Source: a virus
DNA: 39,197 bases
Reading direction: 5' to 3' (one strand)
IMG/VR virus record: IMGVR_UViG_3300027944_000097
Below, piece by piece: positions 33,045-39,197 of the stretch (its first letter is position 1; every line of letters starts with the position of its first letter). The notes beneath the pieces are model-generated. The model made no database searches and was not told the origin of the DNA. It saw only the letters and a program-made list of their open reading frames with translations. Position numbers and translations under genes: made by a program.

Positions 33045-35741
33045 TCATGCTGCAGCTGCCTTGATGTGGTCCCAGTTGTCGACGTTCCAGCCCGCCAGGC
33101 GCGCAGCGGCCCGCCAAGCAACCACCGCCTTGCCCAGATCGGCCGAACTGAGTGATGGGGGCTGGGAAGCCTGCTCATCGCGAGGAAAGAAGAACGCCCC
33201 AAACTTGCGATTACTGCCATCGGTCCAGGGTATGGCGCGAGTCTTGTCTACCTCCGAACTGATGAACAATGAAAACTTCGTCTGGCTCATCACATGCTCT
33301 TTGTTGCGATGGCACCACTCCAGGAACATCGCGTAGAGGTCTGTCGACAAACAGGCGCCCCACATATCGCGTCCCAGCTCGCCGTATTGCCATAGGAACA
33401 GGAACGTTTGCCAACTCGCCCGACTCAGTGCCACCAACCGCTCTCGCGCATCGGTGCTCGGCGGTCGTGTTCGCTGATCGAAGTCGCCCAGGTCAATGGA
33501 CAACAACCACGCATACAGCGCCGCAACACCACCGTTCGCCAGCTCTCTGCCGATAGCCTTCTGACGGTCTACCGGTAGCGTCTCCATGGGCCACAGCACC
33601 AGCATCCGGCGGTCGCTCGGGGCAATCGGCCACGGCATAATCTCGTTGCTCAGGAACACGGCGTTCATGTGGTTGGCTTCCTCCCAACCGTTGATGAACT
33701 TCGACTCCATGCGTACCGTCTTGCCCGTGACCAGATGCTTGATCTTCCCCACCTGGTTGTAACGCTGGTCACGACTCACGACCTCTTCGAACACCGCCCA
33801 AAGCTTGCGGCTTTGCCAGGCGTTGAAGTTGCTTTCCAGCTGCGTCTGCCCAACCGTGGCCGCGTACTGGCCGTAGAGCATCCCGAAGGCGTCAGCGAAC
33901 AACAGGCTTTTGCCGGATCCTTCCATAGTCGAATGAGCCAGCACTGCCGTGTCCATTTTTGCGCCCAGGTGCTGCAACGGGTACGCCAACCACCGTATCA
34001 ACCAAGCGCTGGATGACTGATCGTGGTTGCACAGGAAAGAAATCAGCCACCGCAGGTTTTCGCAGGCGCCGTCATCGCGGGCGGGCTCCATGGGGAGCCC
34101 GTCAAAGGTATTGATATAGACGTTGGGATCCTTGGTCATCGTCGGGTCAAATACGATGTTCTCGACGTCGACCACCCGCCGCTCCGGGCTGTTCAACCAC
34201 ATGCCGTACATGTCGCCCAAGGCCATTTTGACTGCGCCCTCAGCCACGCGCCGTTTCTTCTCGCGGTCCCAAACATCTTTGGTGCCATCGATGTAGACGT
34301 ACCGCTCAATGGGTTCAAGGTTCAGCGCACCGCCCTTCTTACCCGCCATCTTGCGGGCCTGCTCGATCTCCTTAACCTTGTCATCCGAGATCAGCTTTTT
34401 GAGCGTGTCATCCATCCACTGTTTCGCCAGCGGCTTGCCAACCCTCGCCTCAAACGCGGTTTTCTTCATCACCCGCGCCTTGTCGAGGTCCCACACGTGT
34501 GTGGTGCCTTCAACAAGCACATAACGCCTGAGCACTTGCTCATACGTCAGCTCTTCCCCCGCACCCCCGTCAGCAGCTGGAGCGGCCTCACCGGGAGCCG
34601 AGCCGGAGTCCTGCCCGCCATCATTCGAAGATGGGGCTGGGGGAAGATCGCCTGGGTCTGGCCGCGCCGAGTGCTGCATGCCCAGCATACGCGCCGCGTC
34701 CTTCACCGCTTTCGATTGGTCCCCGTCGTGCTCGAGCAAACAGAACACCTCGAACGCATCGTTCTGGTGACCGTTTGCCAACGGGTCTGCCGCATGATGC
34801 GAATACACCTTGCCGTCGTCGCTGACTGTGACGCCGGGCAGGCCCGTGCTGCTCTGGGGGTACAACCACTTGGCGCCGCGTTTGATGTAACCATGAGCGC
34901 GCAGCAGCTCTTCAACATGGTGAGACCGATTGAACTCATCAATGACGGAAGGGGGTTTGCCAGCGGCCGGTGGCGGCCGTTTTATGACTTTCGCTGGTGG
35001 TCGCTTTGGCTTTGGTGCCCACGGGCACGCCGCCTCGGCATCCCGCTTGAAGATGTCCCAGTTCTGCCAGATCGCCAACAGATCGGCAGGCAATACGGGC
35101 AAGCCCTCCGTAGCGTTCGGCGGAGTCCGCCACGCGTACGGCTTGCCGGTTCCAGGATGGATAGACGGTGGCAGAACATCCTGCACCAGGCCGGCGCGCA
35201 GTTCGAGCACGGTAAAGCGCTTGTACTGCTCCGACTCGACCTTGGCCGCCGCCTCCCCTTCAACGTCACCCGCCGCTTTTGCGGCCCTGGCCTTCGCCGT
35301 TAACGCTTTGTAGATTGTCCCGTCCGGGTCGTTTTCGTTCGGCCAGGCAAGCGAATGCCGGTTCAGCTCAACGCCTTCTGGTACTTGAAACAAGACACGA
35401 AACCGCGCCGGGTTACCGACGACAGTTGGGAACACCAACGCCATTGCATCCAGGTCCAAGCCCAACAGCTCGTACAGAACGTGTCTGGTCCATTGGACGT
35501 CATCAACATCCAACGAACAGATGCGGCTCGGCCCCAGGACGACGCCGAGGTTGTGGTGAGGGTGTGTTTGCCAGAAAGCTTCAGCAGTGTCCGCCGAAGT
35601 TAAGTAACCACCCGGCTTGTTCCAGCCCATGCCCTTCGGCGCTTTTTCACCCGGCTCAATCGAGACGAGAGCCAGGCCAAAGGTTTCAATGTATCGACGC
35701 GCCCACGCCGCCGTGGGCGCTGTGTTTATCGATTCACTCAT
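33045..35741 (-). CDS. Bifunctional primase-polymerase (AEP/prim-pol N-terminal domain) fused to a D5/P4-type SF3 helicase
   Basis: 898 aa. The N-terminus has VSIEPGEKAPKG.GWNK...HNLGVVLG...SLDVDD (prim-pol DxD). The C-terminal domain has Walker A STMEGSGKSLL and downstream SF3-like motifs. Confidence 0.8.
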   Translation of the reverse strand: MSESINTAPTAAWARRYIETFGLALVSIEPGEKAPKGMGWNKPGGYLTSADTAEAFWQTHPHHNLGVVLGPSRICSLDVDDVQWTRHVLYELLGLDLDAMALVFPTVVGNPARFRVLFQVPEGVELNRHSLAWPNENDPDGTIYKALTAKARAAKAAGDVEGEAAAKVESEQYKRFTVLELRAGLVQDVLPPSIHPGTGKPYAWRTPPNATEGLPVLPADLLAIWQNWDIFKRDAEAACPWAPKPKRPPAKVIKRPPPAAGKPPSVIDEFNRSHHVEELLRAHGYIKRGAKWLYPQSSTGLPGVTVSDDGKVYSHHAADPLANGHQNDAFEVFCLLEHDGDQSKAVKDAARMLGMQHSARPDPGDLPPAPSSNDGGQDSGSAPGEAAPAADGGAGEELTYEQVLRRYVLVEGTTHVWDLDKARVMKKTAFEARVGKPLAKQWMDDTLKKLISDDKVKEIEQARKMAGKKGGALNLEPIERYVYIDGTKDVWDREKKRRVAEGAVKMALGDMYGMWLNSPERRVVDVENIVFDPTMTKDPNVYINTFDGLPMEPARDDGACENLRWLISFLCNHDQSSSAWLIRWLAYPLQHLGAKMDTAVLAHSTMEGSGKSLLFADAFGMLYGQYAATVGQTQLESNFNAWQSRKLWAVFEEVVSRDQRYNQVGKIKHLVTGKTVRMESKFINGWEEANHMNAVFLSNEIMPWPIAPSDRRMLVLWPMETLPVDRQKAIGRELANGGVAALYAWLLSIDLGDFDQRTRPPSTDARERLVALSRASWQTFLFLWQYGELGRDMWGACLSTDLYAMFLEWCHRNKEHVMSQTKFSLFISSEVDKTRAIPWTDGSNRKFGAFFFPRDEQASQPPSLSSADLGKAVVAWRAAARLAGWNVDNWDHIKAAAA

Positions 35742-35944
35742 CTACGCCGCTCCCGGAACCCCTGGCAACTGACACAGGTTTCGCAACCCTCGATAGTCTG
35801 CTGACGAAGTAACGGGATGGGTTCATCGCAGTCTTCGCAAAACTGCGCGCTGACACGGGACCGGGGAACGTGTCGATTCCGATGCAAAGCGACGTCAAGA
35901 AGGTACTGGGCCTGGTCATTGGCGCGATCGATGTCATCAGCCAT
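35738..35944 (-). CDS. TraR/DksA-family C4 zinc-finger protein
   Basis: From the ATG at 35944, the sequence is MADDIDRANDQAQYLLDVAL...CEDCDEPIP..R......CETCVSCQ. Confidence 0.7.
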   Translation of the reverse strand: MADDIDRANDQAQYLLDVALHRNRHVPRSRVSAQFCEDCDEPIPLLRQQTIEGCETCVSCQGFRERRR

Positions 35945-36425
35945 TTTCGCGATCCTCCATCGCCTGGCGCGCACCAGCCATAATGCCCAGCACCGCACGA
36001 ATCACATCGATGCCATGCTTTTCCAGCAGCGCGACTTCGTGGGGCTCCCACACGTTGTCGGCGGCACCTTCGTGCATGCTCGATACAAACTCACCGGTTT
36101 CATGCAACAAGCGCCCTACCGACTTCAACGCCTCTTTAGTGGGCGCTGCGGGCTCTGGCTTGTACCAGACCATCCCCGCAGGCCTCATCAGCGCATCCAG
36201 CAGCGCGGGATTACAGGTCAGCCGAATGACCTCTTCCAGTTCATCCGGATCGAGCCAGCGGCGTTCTTCATCGTGTTTGAGTTTCTTCTGAAGGGTGTCG
36301 TAATCGATCACCATGTCCAGGGCCAGAGCCGTGACGCCACCCTTGTAATCGTGGCCGGCCCGATACAGCGCTTTGCGAAGCGAAAGAACCGGCCCAAAGG
36401 CCGGTGAATGGTTCGAAGTGCTCAT
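35937..36425 (-). CDS. Phage regulatory protein CII (CP76/186-CII-like)
   Basis: 162 aa. The segment DYDTLQKKLKHDEERRWLDPDELEEVIRLTCNPALLDAL parallels the 186 CII segment TLRNKLNPEQPHQFTPPELWLLTDLTEDSTLVDGF, from memory. The gene lies second in the PR-like operon after cro. Confidence 0.5.
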   Translation of the reverse strand: MSTSNHSPAFGPVLSLRKALYRAGHDYKGGVTALALDMVIDYDTLQKKLKHDEERRWLDPDELEEVIRLTCNPALLDALMRPAGMVWYKPEPAAPTKEALKSVGRLLHETGEFVSSMHEGAADNVWEPHEVALLEKHGIDVIRAVLGIMAGARQAMEDRENG

Positions 36426-36518
36426 AACCGTAAATTCCCCATTTACGGCCTAGCCTTAGGAACGGGCACGCCCTATCCTACGACCACGACCGATATGCAT
36501 GTGCTGTGTGTCGTCGTA

Positions 36519-36559
36519 GCCGGGCTGGGGGATTCTTTGGTGAGAGGCCCCAGTCCGGC
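36519..36559 (-). promoter_or_regulatory. Hairpin with the conserved loop motif CCTCTCACCAAAGAATCC, between cro and the cII-like gene (nutR-like position)
   Basis: On the minus strand, gccggactgggg pairs with ccccagcccggc (11 of 12 bp) around a 17-nt loop. The loop holds the motif, which is the reverse complement of 36530-36547. Confidence 0.5.
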
Positions 36560-36563
36560 ACCC

Positions 36564-36773
36564 TTACGCTGCCATTTGTTTTCGGCGGCTACCTACCGGA
36601 CGGATCTCAACGCCAGATAGCTTCCCATCGGCGTCTTTGATCACGCGGATATCTCGACCACTGAGGATCATTTGAGAAACCGCACTTTGGGTCACGCCCA
36701 GGAGCGCCGCCATTTCGAGCTGACTCCTATCCTTTGCGAACTCACGCAAAGGCACTCCAAATTCAACTGTCAT
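36564..36773 (-). CDS. cro: Cro-like HTH repressor
   Basis: 69 aa from the ATG at 36773, which has AGGA 8 nt upstream. The HTH is QLEMAALLGVTQSAVSQMILSG. The gene is divergent from the CI-like gene. Confidence 0.75.
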   Translation of the reverse strand: MTVEFGVPLREFAKDRSQLEMAALLGVTQSAVSQMILSGRDIRVIKDADGKLSGVEIRPVGSRRKQMAA

Positions 36774-36804
36774 TCTCAATTCCTCGGAACGGATGCAGAG
36801 CCAA

Positions 36805-36833
36805 ACATTAGCTCAGCTCATAATCCGTTGCAA
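36805..36833 (-). promoter_or_regulatory. Candidate PR promoter (TTGCAA - 17 nt - TAATGT on the minus strand)
   Basis: -35 at 36828-36833 and -10 as the complement of 36805-36810, about 30 nt upstream of the cro ATG. Confidence 0.45.
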
Positions 36834-36889
36834 GAAAAAACAACCGCTACTCTTTGGGCAGCATAAGTGATGCTTATAGAATTGCTGCC

Positions 36890-37612
36890 ATGACAAAAAA
36901 GCCGACCTACATCGCCGAAGAAGCCGCCCGCCTCAAAGGCATTTACAAAACTCGCAAATCGGAAGACCCGAGCCTGAATCAGGACAAGGTCGCCGAAGCA
37001 TGCGGCTGGTCAGGCCAAAGTGCCGTAAGTCAATACATGACAGGGAAGATCGCCCTGAACCTACCTGCGTTATTAAGCCTGAGTCGCGCCCTTCGTTTCG
37101 CGCCCGAGAGCGTCAGCCCTCGCCTCGCGGAAACGATGGCTCTGGCAAATAATGTTTCGGCATCGAACGCCCCGTCACAAGGGGACGTCTACCGAAACAC
37201 CACGGAGATGGGATCGGCGGGGAGGCTGTTACCTGTGATTGGATATATGAAAGCGGCTGCTTACCATGCAGGACGCGGGGACTTTGAGCCCGGTGACGCT
37301 CAAGAATGGGTCGAAGCTGGGGGGCCAGCAGGACCACGCGCGTTTATCCTACGGGTCGAAGGCAGAAGCATGGAACCGGACTTCATGCCAGGGGACAAGG
37401 TAGTAATCGACCCTGATATGGTCTGGAAATCTGGTGACTTCGTAGTTGCAAAACGTCAAAACGACAAGGCCGTCACCCTTCGACAGCTCACCGAGGAAGG
37501 GGGCGATATGTTTCTTCATGCAACCAACCCGAACTGGCCCGACCGGGTCATTAAGATGAATGACGAATGGGTCGTATACGGTAGAGCACGACGGAAAATC
37601 GTCGATCTGTGA
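36890..37612 (+). CDS. cI: CI-like repressor: XRE-type HTH plus S24 (LexA-like) autopeptidase domain
   Basis: HTH: QDKVAEACGWSGQSAVSQYMTGK. Ala-Gly candidate cleavage site: YHAGRG. S24 serine: VEGRSMEPDF. Lysine: FVVAKRQ. ATG at 36890 is preferred over the track's TTG at 36854. Confidence 0.85.
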   Translation: MTKKPTYIAEEAARLKGIYKTRKSEDPSLNQDKVAEACGWSGQSAVSQYMTGKIALNLPALLSLSRALRFAPESVSPRLAETMALANNVSASNAPSQGDVYRNTTEMGSAGRLLPVIGYMKAAAYHAGRGDFEPGDAQEWVEAGGPAGPRAFILRVEGRSMEPDFMPGDKVVIDPDMVWKSGDFVVAKRQNDKAVTLRQLTEEGGDMFLHATNPNWPDRVIKMNDEWVVYGRARRKIVDL

Positions 37613-37631
37613 CACAGTGACCATACCAAAC

Positions 37632-37661
37632 GAAACCCGCCATTCGAGCGGGTTTCTTTTT
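37632..37661 (+). terminator. Rho-independent terminator after cI
   Basis: gaaacccgc (37632-37640) pairs with gcgggtttc (37648-37656). The hairpin is followed by tttttgg. Confidence 0.85.
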
Positions 37662-37699
37662 GGTCGCCGATAAAAAACAAGCAAATATCAGTAACACTA

Positions 37700-37728
37700 T
37701 TGACTTAAGAAACAACGAATACTAATTT
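37700..37728 (+). promoter_or_regulatory. Candidate PL-like early promoter (TTGACT - 17 nt - TAATTT)
   Basis: -35 at 37700-37705 and -10 at 37723-37728, located between the cI terminator and the first plus-strand early ORF. Confidence 0.5.
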
Positions 37729-37729
37729 T

Positions 37730-37762
37730 GTCTCGTATCCCTCTCACCAAAGAGTACGAGAC
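37730..37762 (+). promoter_or_regulatory. Inverted repeat/hairpin carrying CCTCTCACCAAAGA, abutting the ATG of the first early gene (nutL-like or operator position)
   Basis: gtctcgta (37730-37737) pairs with tacgagac (37755-37762). The motif lies in the loop at 37740-37753. The ATG is at 37763. Confidence 0.5.
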
Positions 37763-37963
37763 ATGCAGACAACACAGCACAGCCCCACCCGCTGCCCGGT
37801 CTATCTGCACCCGGCAGCCTGCACCAGCCCGAAGGCCGTTGAAGCGATCCAGAATCGCACCGGCCTGCTGGTGATCGTCAACACTGGCCGCGTCGCCCCC
37901 ACCCTTCCCGCTCGCGCTGTAAAGGCAGATGACTTGGGCCCATGGGGAGGTGATGCAGCATGA
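37763..37963 (+). CDS. Hypothetical small early protein
   Basis: 66 aa. It is the first ORF after the PL-like promoter, and its stop overlaps the next start (gcagcATGA). Confidence 0.45.
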   Translation: MQTTQHSPTRCPVYLHPAACTSPKAVEAIQNRTGLLVIVNTGRVAPTLPARAVKADDLGPWGGDAA

Positions 37964-38535
37964 AGCCGATACTGATTGGCCTCGCCGGCCCGGCCCGCTC
38001 GGGCAAATCAACTGCCGCCGATCACCTGGTGCGCAACCACTTGCTGGAACACTACGCGTTCGCCGACCCGCTGCGTTCCGGGCTGATGGAAATCTTCAAC
38101 CTCGACCCGGACGACTTTGAAGGGGCCAGCAAGGAACAGCCAGTGGAATGGCTGGGCCGGTCACCGCGAGAACTCATGCAGTCGATGGGCACCGAGTGGG
38201 CGCGCCAACTGGTGCACCCAGACGTATGGGTAAAGATCGCCGAACAGAACCTCAACTACCTGCAAAACACCCTTTCGAGCGTGGTCGGTTTTGTTGTCAG
38301 CGACGTTCGCTTCGAGAATGAAGCGCAATTCATTCGCCAACGCGGCGGCACCATCGTCCACATCGTGCGGCCCGATGCACCGGCAGTGAATCCACATGTC
38401 AGCGAGGCGGGGATCCAGCACCAACCCGGCGACATCACCGTTTACAACTCCCGGTCCATCGAATCCCTTCGGTGTCAGCTGGACGGCTGTGTCATTGCCG
38501 TTCGACGGGGCACGAAGGCCCAGTCGGCAGCCTGA
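37960..38535 (+). CDS. P-loop kinase, deoxynucleotide monophosphate kinase-like
   Basis: The N-terminus ILIGLAGPARSGKSTAADHL is a Walker A motif. The size and the pattern ..YAFADPLR......F resemble phage dNMP kinase family proteins. Confidence 0.55.
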   Translation: MKPILIGLAGPARSGKSTAADHLVRNHLLEHYAFADPLRSGLMEIFNLDPDDFEGASKEQPVEWLGRSPRELMQSMGTEWARQLVHPDVWVKIAEQNLNYLQNTLSSVVGFVVSDVRFENEAQFIRQRGGTIVHIVRPDAPAVNPHVSEAGIQHQPGDITVYNSRSIESLRCQLDGCVIAVRRGTKAQSAA

Positions 38536-38544
38536 GGTAACGCC

Positions 38545-38820
38545 ATGAACCGCACCCTGGATCAAACCGCCGCCCTATTGGGCCTTAAGCCCCGCGCCTT
38601 TCGTACCAGGCTCCGGGAACTCGGCGTTCTGAACTCTTCCGGTGACCTGGCCAGCGCGCACCGTGAACGCGGCTATCTCTTCTCGGACCCGCGTGTGCGC
38701 TGGAACCCCACCACCGGCAAGCCCGTGCACTACGCCGTCGTGATGGTGAAGGAAGCGGGCGTCGCGTGGATTGCCAAGAAGCTGGATATCACCATCACCA
38801 AAAAGGACGCTGCAGCATGA
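38545..38820 (+). CDS. KilA-C / antirepressor C-terminal-like DNA-binding protein
   Basis: The sequence AALLGLKPRAFRTRLRELGVL.......A......GYLF...........G.......VMVKEAGVAWIAKKL follows the KilAC pattern as I recall it. Confidence 0.5.
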   Translation: MNRTLDQTAALLGLKPRAFRTRLRELGVLNSSGDLASAHRERGYLFSDPRVRWNPTTGKPVHYAVVMVKEAGVAWIAKKLDITITKKDAAA

Positions 38821-39191
38821 AACCCAACGCCATCAATTCCGCTGTAGGCGCCCTGAAGCTGGTGCCCATGTACCTCAATCACCCGACGGTGATCAGCCGA
38901 GCCACGCTTATCGGCGCCTCTGCCGAAGCTGTTCAATTGCTGGAGGCCTTGCCCTGCGTCTCTGTTGAACTGGCGGAAGTGTTCCGCTGTGTCGACGCGG
39001 TGATCGGTGATGGCCATGTTGCCTACGTTACCCCCGTCAACTGCCCGGAATACCCCTATGGCGCCGTCGTTTCAGACGCCAAGGGCAACGTCCTGGCAGC
39101 GGCCAAGGGCAAGAGCAAAGAAGGTCTCGCCGAACTGATCCGCCTCAAGCTGGTGCCCCTGATGGAGGGGCATGGGGAGGATTCCGCGTGA
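38817..39191 (+). CDS. Hypothetical early protein (spans the circular junction repeat)
   Basis: 124 aa from the ATG at 38817, which overlaps the upstream stop (gcagcATGA). Its 3' end lies in the 123-bp terminal redundancy, and its stop (39189-39191) overlaps the GTG start of the PrtN-like gene, which begins at 39188 in the end copy of the repeat (114 in the start copy), by 4 nt (GTGA). Confidence 0.5.
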   Translation: MKPNAINSAVGALKLVPMYLNHPTVISRATLIGASAEAVQLLEALPCVSVELAEVFRCVDAVIGDGHVAYVTPVNCPEYPYGAVVSDAKGNVLAAAKGKSKEGLAELIRLKLVPLMEGHGEDSA

Positions 39192-39197
39192 GCACCA
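39075..39197 (+). repeat. Terminal redundancy, copy 2 (identical to 1-123)
   Basis: Same 123 nt as the window start. Consistent with a circular assembly overlap or a circularly permuted unit of 39,074 bp. Confidence 0.95.

Larger units (their letters stand above)
1..39197. mobile_element. Complete temperate tailed-phage genome (lambdoid regulatory layout, HK97-type head/packaging module, Mu-type contractile tail), circularly closed, attP form
   Basis: Uninterrupted gene set covering integrase/attP, CI/Cro, replication, Q-like antiterminator, terminase, head, tail and lysis. Both ends carry the same 123 bp. The high-GC backbone and PrtN/DUF4224-type genes suggest a Pseudomonas-like host (inference only). 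Confidence 0.85.

Noticed and set aside
32716-33117. Track ORF of 133 aa spanning the iteron field and overlapping the primase 3' end.
   Set aside because: The upstream 23 codons overlap the primase-helicase coding sequence and are implausible. The shorter 33048..32716 version is kept only as an alternative hypothesis in the origin finding, because of its atypical codon usage.
36449-36493. 14-codon Arg-rich micro-ORF on the minus strand between cro and the cII-like gene (MHIGRGRRIGRARS). It is reminiscent of an N-type arginine-rich motif next to the motif hairpin.
   Set aside because: It is too short, has no RBS, and Arg-rich peptides arise easily from CGN-rich DNA. I noted it only because of its location. 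It needs Ribo-seq before any claim.

Overview
The window is a complete temperate tailed-phage genome. Bases 1-123 are identical to 39075-39197, so the molecule closes into a unit of about 39,074 bp. An intact attP shows it is the excised or episomal form. All family names come from motifs I recognised by eye; no database search was run.

The layout is lambdoid. An S24-type CI repressor (36890-37612, +) faces cro (36564-36773, -).

The plus-strand 'PL-like' operon runs through the circular junction. It carries small ORFs, a dNMP-kinase-like gene, a KilAC-like gene, a PrtN-like activator, DUF2303, a membrane protein, a large orphan C5 DNA methyltransferase, DUF4224 and a tyrosine integrase. It ends at attP, which is a 3' fragment of tRNA-Cys(GCA) flanked by four GTTGCGGAAC arm-type repeats.

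The minus-strand 'PR-like' operon carries cro, a CII(CP76)-like gene, a TraR zinc finger, a prim-pol/SF3 helicase, an iteron-rich putative origin and a Q-like antiterminator. A strong terminator follows, then the late operon: two holin-like genes, HNH, candidate cos, TerS, TerL, portal, S49 protease, HK97-type capsid, connectors, a Mu-type contractile tail and baseplate, two tail fibres, GH19 endolysin and embedded Rz/Rz1.

Most interesting observations:
1. A visibly AT-richer cargo island lies between attP and the lysis genes. It contains a near-consensus LexA SOS box 20 bp upstream of a two-gene cassette: a C4/CxxCxGxG zinc-finger protein, then a zinc-ribbon protein with a HEPN-type RNEVIH motif. 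A convergent Tat-signal BNR/sialidase-like gene follows.
2. A 14-18 nt motif (CCTCTCACCAAAGA) sits in the loops of three hairpins with unrelated stems, at nutL/nutR-like positions, always in the sense orientation of local transcription.
3. At least 9 copies of CCCAACAC plus an AT-rich patch lie directly 3' of the primase-helicase gene.

Also noted: a tail fibre with a complete SGNH esterase motif set, a canonical -1 frameshift site in the tail chaperone gene, a 9-bp (Pro-Val-Asp)n tandem repeat, and a recurrent GCAGCATGA gene-junction sequence.
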